In this document: positions 58,432 through 64,000 of the stretch, piece by piece
How positions within the stretch are numbered: the first letter of the stretch is position 1
How the letters are laid out: each line of letters begins with the position of its first letter
Origin: an uncultured bacterium
Lineage (GTDB): Bacteria; Joyebacterota; Joyebacteria; Joyebacterales; Joyebacteraceae
NCBI GenBank assembly: GCA_964399265.1
Contig: CAYNQF010000001.1
Coordinates: 1,195-65,194 of the forward strand
Direction of reading: 5' to 3'
Length of the DNA: 64,000 nt
Translations under genes and position numbers: made by a program
The notes under the pieces: model-generated
Databases searched by the model: none
What the model saw: only the letters and a program-made list of their open reading frames with translations
Told to the model about the DNA's origin: nothing

Positions 58432-61112
58432 AGAGAGTCGTTCTGGCGAACGGGCTTCGTCTCATCATCAGGCAGATGCGCTCGGCGCCCGTTGTGGCGC
58501 TCAATCTCTGGGTAGGGTCCGGGTCGGCCGATGAACCGGGGGACCTCTCCGGAATATCGCATTTCATGGAACACCTGCTCTTCAAGGGCACCGACGACGA
58601 GAACGGAAGGCGCGTCGAACTCGCCACTCAGGTCCACGAGGCGGGAGGTTACCTGAACGCGGAGACCGGCTGCGACCACACGATGTACTACCAGGTCGTG
58701 CCGAGCGACGGTTGGCGCGAGATCCTGGTAGCTTCGATCCGGGCCGTCTCGGAGCCCGCGTTCGTTGAGTCCGAGGTCGAGGCGGAGCGCGCCGTTGTCG
58801 TCGAGGAGGCGAGGAGCGGAGAGAACGACCCCTCCGTTTTCGTGTGGAGGAGGCTTCTCGAGACCGCGTTCCCGGGCCGTCCTTGCGGAAGGCCCGTCGT
58901 CGGGACCGTCGAGAGCGTGTCGCGCATCACGGTGGACGACCTCAAGGCTCACCACGAAACATACCACAGGGGAGGCAACCTCGTTCAGGTCGTCGTCGGC
59001 GACGTCGACGAAGAAGAAGCTGTCGAGTTCGCCTCCGGCGTACTGCGCTCGCTACCCGGCGGGGAGCCGGCGGCTCGTCGGGCGGGCGCCGGTCGGACGG
59101 GAGGGCTCCGGTCGCTCACATTCGAGGGCGGCGTCGAGCAGCCCTACGTCGCCGTGGCTTTCGACGGACCCCACGCGCTCCACGAGGACGTGCCGGCGCT
59201 CGACGCACTCTGCGGGCTCCTGGGGACCGGGCACAGCTCGCGGCTGTGGCGTTCGATGCGGAGCGGCGACGGCTCGGTGAGCGACATAGGTGCAGGCCTT
59301 GTCGCGCACAGGGACTCCGGTCTGGTGGTCGTGCGCGCGGTCGCCACCGGGGCCGACACCGACCACATCGTCGAGGGCATGTTCCGTGAGTGCGAACGGC
59401 TCCGGCACGAGCGTCCGTCTGCCGACGAGATGGAGAAGAACCTGAGGAGGCTCGAGTCGGCATACGTGCTGGAGCACGAGACCGCCGACTCGATCGCGCG
59501 GACGCTTGGATACTTCGAGATGCTGGGCGATTGCGCCTGGGCAGAGGAGTATGTGGACAGGCTGGCCCGGGTCGGCCCTGGCGACGTCGTGAGAGCGGCC
59601 GGTCGCTACCTCGATCCCGAGACGGCCACGGTCATCTGCTACGTACCGGGGCGGGCGGGAGGCAGGCCGTCCGACCGCACTGCGGCAACGCGTGCGCTGG
59701 TGGAGAGGGTGGAGGGCGCCGCGCCGTCCGCTCTCAGGGAGACCGGGGTGGGCGAGTGGTCACCTCCTTCTTCATTCACACGCCCTGACGTTCTGGGAGA
59801 GAGCACCGACGTGTCCTCCGCCAGGCTGTCGATGCCGGGCGGTGGTACGATCGTGGCGCGGCGGTCCGGAGCGCTGCCGCTCGTCTCGCTGACGCTCGGG
59901 TTCCGCGGCGGTTTTCTGGAAGAGCCTGACGGCAAGGCCGGACTCACGTACCTGACGCAGAGGATGTGCCGGGAGGGCACCGGCGGCAGGACCGCCGACC
60001 AGATATCGGATGCCATAGAGGGACTGGGGACCGGGCTCGCCTTCGCCGTCGAGCGGGACGGCATGGGGGCCGGCCTCACGGTGATGTCGAAGCATCTCGA
60101 TGCGGCCGCTCTGGTCTTGGGCGACGTGCTGGTCGATCCGGCCTTTCCGGACGAGAGGCTGGACCTCGCGAAACTGCAGGTCGCTTCCGAGATACGCGAG
60201 ATCGACGACCACCCCATCCGCCGGGCGCTCAGGATGCTCTTGCCCCTCGCGTTTCCGGGGCTTCCTCACGGCCGTCCGACGAGGGGGTACTACGACACGA
60301 TATCCTCGATGACCTCACAGGAACTACGCGGATGGCACCGCCGGGTCTGTGTGCTTGATCACCTGTACGCGTGCGTCGCGGGCGACGTCTCTCACGAGCG
60401 GGCGGTCGAGGTCGTCTCCCGGGCGCTCGACGGCCTGCCCGCCTCTTGGGAAGGGCCCGCCTCGACCACGGGAGGGGAGGAGCGCGACTTGAGCGTGCCC
60501 AGTGCGTCCGCGCCTCGGCGCCGACACGACGATGATGCGGTCTCGCGCCCCGACGGGTCGGATGAGAGCGAGCTGCCGGGCTCGCCCCAGTCAGTGGTTG
60601 CGATAGCGCTCCCAGGGCCCGTTGGGGGAACGCGTGAGGCCGTTGTGTGCAGGCTCATTGTGAGAGCGCTGTCGACGATCGGGGGACGATTCTGGCGTTC
60701 GCTCCGCGAGAGGCCTCCACACGCCTACTATGTCGGAGGGACACTGCTGGCCTACCGGGACGCGGGCTCCACGATCGCCTACGCCACCTCGGCGCCGGGC
60801 ACGGAAGAAGCTGTCATCGAGGGCCTGGCAGCCGAGTTCTCGAGGCTGGCCGCCTCCGGACTCGAGCCGGACGAACTGGAGAGGACGAAGAAGCAGCTCG
60901 CCGGCACCCTGGAGATATCGCTCATGAGGGGAGCCGCACGATCGGCCACTTATGCGATGGCGGAAGTGATGGGGGCCGGTTACGAGTACGTGGAGCGGAT
61001 GTCGAGCGAGGTCGCGACGATCACGAACGATGAAGTCGTGAACGTGGCGACCTCGCTTCTGGAACCGTCATCGGGCTTCGCCCGGGTCGTGCTTCGCGGC
61101 AGGCCAACCTGA
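58428..61112 (+). CDS. M16-family (pitrilysin-like) zinc peptidase, fused two-half architecture
   Basis: Inverted zinc motif HFMEHLLFKGT...E. Two M16 / M16_C halves. GTG start overlaps the DUF885 stop (GTGA). Confidence 0.8.
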   Translation: MKRVVLANGLRLIIRQMRSAPVVALNLWVGSGSADEPGDLSGISHFMEHLLFKGTDDENGRRVELATQVHEAGGYLNAETGCDHTMYYQVVPSDGWREILVASIRAVSEPAFVESEVEAERAVVVEEARSGENDPSVFVWRRLLETAFPGRPCGRPVVGTVESVSRITVDDLKAHHETYHRGGNLVQVVVGDVDEEEAVEFASGVLRSLPGGEPAARRAGAGRTGGLRSLTFEGGVEQPYVAVAFDGPHALHEDVPALDALCGLLGTGHSSRLWRSMRSGDGSVSDIGAGLVAHRDSGLVVVRAVATGADTDHIVEGMFRECERLRHERPSADEMEKNLRRLESAYVLEHETADSIARTLGYFEMLGDCAWAEEYVDRLARVGPGDVVRAAGRYLDPETATVICYVPGRAGGRPSDRTAATRALVERVEGAAPSALRETGVGEWSPPSSFTRPDVLGESTDVSSARLSMPGGGTIVARRSGALPLVSLTLGFRGGFLEEPDGKAGLTYLTQRMCREGTGGRTADQISDAIEGLGTGLAFAVERDGMGAGLTVMSKHLDAAALVLGDVLVDPAFPDERLDLAKLQVASEIREIDDHPIRRALRMLLPLAFPGLPHGRPTRGYYDTISSMTSQELRGWHRRVCVLDHLYACVAGDVSHERAVEVVSRALDGLPASWEGPASTTGGEERDLSVPSASAPRRRHDDDAVSRPDGSDESELPGSPQSVVAIALPGPVGGTREAVVCRLIVRALSTIGGRFWRSLRERPPHAYYVGGTLLAYRDAGSTIAYATSAPGTEEAVIEGLAAEFSRLAASGLEPDELERTKKQLAGTLEISLMRGAARSATYAMAEVMGAGYEYVERMSSEVATITNDEVVNVATSLLEPSSGFARVVLRGRPT

Positions 61113-61168
61113 CCCGTGGGGCGGCGTTCGTCCGAGATGCTCGCCCGACTCGCCGCGTTCCCATGCGG

Positions 61169-61194
61169 CTGAGCCGGGAACCGAAGTGGCTCAG
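61169..61194. terminator. stem-loop CTGAGCC...GGCTCAG with interleaved alternative pairings (GGGAAC/GTTCCC, GAGCCGGG/CCCGGCTC) at convergent junction
   Basis: Inverted repeats read from the sequence; overlaps the stop of the minus-strand DUF2723 gene. Confidence 0.35.
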
Positions 61195-63857
61195 TTCCCG
61201 CCCGGCTCGCTCTGTCGGGCCATGCCCTCTTCGACCGCCTGCCGGAACTCCTCCGGGGCGTACCTCTGCCAGAGTTCGACCAGGCGATCGAGCTTCGCCT
61301 CGTCTCCCAGGCGCTGGTAGATCGACAGCAGCGCCGGGTAGATGTCCGACCTGTCGGGGACCTTCCTGAGAGCGATCTCGTAGGCATCTCTGGCCGTCTC
61401 GTAGTAGGGAAGCGCCTCGTCGGCGTTGCCCTGCATCTCTATCTTCTCGGCCATCATGAGATTGACCCCGCCGTAGCGGATCCAGCCGTCCATGTTGTCC
61501 GGCTGCGAGGTGACGACCCTCTCCGCCAGCGGCAGCGCCTTCTCCGGCTGGTAGAGCCTGGCCGCGTAGATGGCCACGAGTCCGTTCAGCGCGGGCGTGT
61601 AGTTGGGCGCGAACTTCAGCGATATGTCGTAGAGGCGGACGGCTTCACCGACGTTGGGCGGCGTCTTCGCCATCTCGGCGAAGCCCAGTCTCGAGAACCC
61701 GGCGGCGTAGTTCGTGATGAGCCGCGCGGTCGCGGGCCCCTTGTAGATCTCGTCCATGACGCGCCAGCCATCGTCGACGTCGATGATGCTGTCGTAGCGG
61801 TAGTTCTCGAAGCAGTTCTCGTACGTCCTCTCGATGTCGATCTGGTGTCTCTCCGCCTTCTTCACGAGCTTGAAGACCATGCCCTCGAGTCGGAGATTGT
61901 CGTAGTAGCCAAGGAAGTCGTCGACGGTCACCGCGAAGTAGATGGGACGCTGGAAGTTGTCCTCCCGGATGATGTCGTGCACGACGATGTCCTTGAGAGA
62001 GATCAGCTTCGGTTCTCCCGTGTCGGGGTCGCGCGCCCAGTAGGGATGCATGCGGTCGATCTCGTCATAACTGAAGCTCATCGGCACGCCGCGCTCCTTG
62101 AGCTGCGTCACGTACCAGTTGATCTGAACAAGAGACAGGTTCACTATGTCGACGTCCGGCCGAATGTGTTCGACCTGCTGCAGATACCAGAGCGGGAACG
62201 TGTCGTTGTCGCCATTGGTGATGAGCAGCGCGTCCTTGTCCAGGAAGTTGATCATGTTCCAGCCGTAGTAGTACGCGACGTAGTTCCCTCTTCTGTCCAT
62301 CTCGTGGTAGTGCCTGACCATCGGAAGGAACGCGAAGGCGATGAGGGCGGCGGCGAGGACGATCTGATAGGTCCTGCCTATCTTGCGTCCCCACTCGACG
62401 ATCGCCCCGGCGCCTATGCCGACCCAGATCCCGATGCCGACGTACGCCGGAACCCAGAAGTACTCCCTGGGCCTCACCTCGTGGTCTGAGATGTTCATGT
62501 AGAACAGGAGTGCAACGGACGCCATCGCGAACGCGATGAGCATCATCGTGAACGTCCTCTTGTCCTTGCGGGCGTGGACCACGGCGCCCCACGCGGCCAG
62601 GAAGAGCGGCCAGATCGTGAACTGCGGCTTGAAGTACGACCACAGGATCTTGAACTGGTTCGAGAACGGCGTGCGCCTCGGGAAGAATCTCATCGGCTCG
62701 TACTGCTTGCGCTGCATCACGTCGAGGACGAGTCTCCACGTGTGCGGGTTCGACTCATTGATGGCGGGCTTGAGCCGGGCCCTGACCAGGAGATACGCGT
62801 GGACCGACAGTGCGAGCGCACCCAGAACCACGACGGCCAACACGATCCTCGCGGGCACCTCCGGGCTCTCGATCACCTTGCGCTTAACGAAGTAGTCGAA
62901 CAGCGCGAGACTCAGGAACGTGGCCGCCAGAAGCCCCACGTAGGCCCCTGCAGTAGCGCCTCCCTGAAGGCTTCCGACGCCGAACGCCGCGCCTATCCCT
63001 ATGATGGCGAACGTGGCACGCAGCCACGTGGGCATGGGCGCTACGTTCGCCTGCTCAACGCCGCGCTTCCGCAGCTGGCGCGCGACGGCCTTCGGCTTAG
63101 GCCACAACGAGGGGACGGCGTAGAAGACCGTCGAACCAAGCCAGATGAGGCCCAGGGCTATCGCTCCCTCGGAGGAGTGCTTCGTCATCATCACAAAGGA
63201 GAACACGAACGGGAGCCCAAGGAGCACCGTTCCCAGGAAACTGCGTTCGAACAGGATGATGAAGACGAGGAACGCGGGGGCCCAGAGGAGGCAGCCCATG
63301 TGGACGCCGACGCCGAGGGCCAGCAGGTAGATAATGAAGTAGAGGCGTCGCCTGTCGCGCGGCACGTCGTGCAGCTCGGACCACCGGAGCGTCATCCACA
63401 GCGTCACCGCCATTATCAGGATGTTGGTCGCGTAGACCTCGGCCTCGAGCGAGTTCTCCCAGAAGCTGAACGAGAAAGCGGTCACGACGCACGCCGTTAT
63501 GCCTGCCACGTAGGTCGGGAAACCCTCGGAGAACGACGTGACCTGACCCTCCCAGCGCTTGGCCATCTTCGCGATCGCCAGGTAGATGAAGACGATGGCC
63601 AGGCTGCCGGCCAGGATCGACGTGAAGTTGACCGCCTGGGCAACGTTGGGGAAGGGGAGCAGCGCGAAGAGCCTGGAGATGAGCGTGTACACGGGCGATC
63701 CCGGGGGATGCCCCACGCCGAGGATGTCGCCGACCGCTATGAACTCGCCGTTGTCCCAGAACGCTACGGTAGGCGCCGTCGTCCTCAGGTACACGATGAT
63801 CGAGAGCGCCCCGAGCGCCCATGCGATTATCCTGTTGGTTCTCTCGTGCTGGTACAT
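61191..63857 (-). CDS. DUF2723 (TMEM260-like, glycosyltransferase-39-like) polytopic membrane protein with C-terminal TPR repeats
   Basis: N-terminal FWDNGEF...GVGHPPGSPVY signature and more than 10 TM helices. C-terminal TPR-like helices. GAGGAG RBS. Confidence 0.7.
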   Translation of the reverse strand: MYQHERTNRIIAWALGALSIIVYLRTTAPTVAFWDNGEFIAVGDILGVGHPPGSPVYTLISRLFALLPFPNVAQAVNFTSILAGSLAIVFIYLAIAKMAKRWEGQVTSFSEGFPTYVAGITACVVTAFSFSFWENSLEAEVYATNILIMAVTLWMTLRWSELHDVPRDRRRLYFIIYLLALGVGVHMGCLLWAPAFLVFIILFERSFLGTVLLGLPFVFSFVMMTKHSSEGAIALGLIWLGSTVFYAVPSLWPKPKAVARQLRKRGVEQANVAPMPTWLRATFAIIGIGAAFGVGSLQGGATAGAYVGLLAATFLSLALFDYFVKRKVIESPEVPARIVLAVVVLGALALSVHAYLLVRARLKPAINESNPHTWRLVLDVMQRKQYEPMRFFPRRTPFSNQFKILWSYFKPQFTIWPLFLAAWGAVVHARKDKRTFTMMLIAFAMASVALLFYMNISDHEVRPREYFWVPAYVGIGIWVGIGAGAIVEWGRKIGRTYQIVLAAALIAFAFLPMVRHYHEMDRRGNYVAYYYGWNMINFLDKDALLITNGDNDTFPLWYLQQVEHIRPDVDIVNLSLVQINWYVTQLKERGVPMSFSYDEIDRMHPYWARDPDTGEPKLISLKDIVVHDIIREDNFQRPIYFAVTVDDFLGYYDNLRLEGMVFKLVKKAERHQIDIERTYENCFENYRYDSIIDVDDGWRVMDEIYKGPATARLITNYAAGFSRLGFAEMAKTPPNVGEAVRLYDISLKFAPNYTPALNGLVAIYAARLYQPEKALPLAERVVTSQPDNMDGWIRYGGVNLMMAEKIEMQGNADEALPYYETARDAYEIALRKVPDRSDIYPALLSIYQRLGDEAKLDRLVELWQRYAPEEFRQAVEEGMARQSEPGGN

Positions 63858-63867
63858 CGATTCTCCT

Positions 63868-64000
63868 CTAGGTTCCGGAGCTCTCGGATGACGGCGGTTT
63901 GAGAAGCTGGGTCAGCCTGTCTCTCAGCGCCTGAACCGGCAGCCCTCTCGATATCTGTCCTGCGAGTGCCAGCGAAAGCTCCCCCGTCTCCTCGGACACC
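63868..64000 (-). CDS. 3'-terminal fragment of an unidentified gene continuing beyond the window
   Basis: Open frame from the window edge to TAG at 63868 (...GQISRGLPVQALRDRLTQLLKPPSSESSGT*), directly upstream of the DUF2723 RBS. Confidence 0.35.
   Translation of the reverse strand, partial: VSEETGELSLALAGQISRGLPVQALRDRLTQLLKPPSSESSGT

Overview
This is a 64-kb, high-GC (roughly 65-70% by eye) bacterial chromosomal segment that is densely coding. I found no rRNA, tRNA, CRISPR array, integrase, transposase or other mobile-element signature. Most large ORFs on the opposite strand of real genes are Arg/Pro-rich antisense shadows, which is typical at this GC content.

Lineage hints: a T9SS / FlgD-Ig-like C-terminal sorting domain, a Fibrobacter-type LexA box (TGCNC-N4-GTGCA), many TTG/GTG start codons, 2-oxoacid:ferredoxin oxidoreductase and DUF3795. 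Together these suggest an FCB-superphylum organism, possibly an uncultured Gemmatimonadota- or Eisenbacteria-like lineage. This is inference only.

Gene content, in order along the window:
- 1-4.3 kb: a polysaccharide-degrading trio (beta-helix protein, BNR-like beta-propeller, GH105).
- 4.5-5.9 kb: NADP glutamate dehydrogenase.
- 6.0-13.0 kb, minus strand: a tandem-receiver + PPDK_N (PEP-synthase-like ATP-grasp) fusion, then two paralogous DUF3857/transglutaminase-like secreted proteins, one of which has lost the catalytic triad.
- 14.7-16.2 kb: HAD hydrolase and an M50-like protease.
- 16.4-18.4 kb: TusA, DsrE-like, and an IscS-like protein lacking the PLP-binding lysine.
- 18.9-22.7 kb: a cleanly bounded ArsR-family operon (terminator - promoter - six genes - terminator) encoding thiol-disulfide proteins and a permease.
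- 22.7-38.9 kb: a lexA promoter carrying a Fibrobacter-type LexA box, followed by 15 co-directional genes. These include ogt, fpg and dinB, and mrfA...mrfB homologues, interleaved with proteins of unknown role (SagB-type dehydrogenase, Cys-rich protein, DUF72, DUF3795, hydrolases, enolase-family protein, CRTAC1-like protein).
- 39.1-43.1 kb: korAB (2-oxoacid:ferredoxin oxidoreductase), a nitroreductase and a Mo-oxidoreductase lipoprotein.
- 43.2-45.8 kb: a beta-barrel outer-membrane protein, and a small ORF plus a sodium:solute symporter.
- 45.9-48.3 kb: PHP phosphatase and a Yip1-domain protein.
- 48.3-52.8 kb: a Tol-Pal cluster.
- 52.9-63.9 kb: an orphan minus-strand gene, nitrilase, a HAMP protein, a DUF885 + M16 peptidase pair, and a DUF2723-TPR membrane protein.

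I consider the lexA-headed DNA-damage island the most interesting system, followed by the TusA-DsrE-IscS(Lys->Asp) module.
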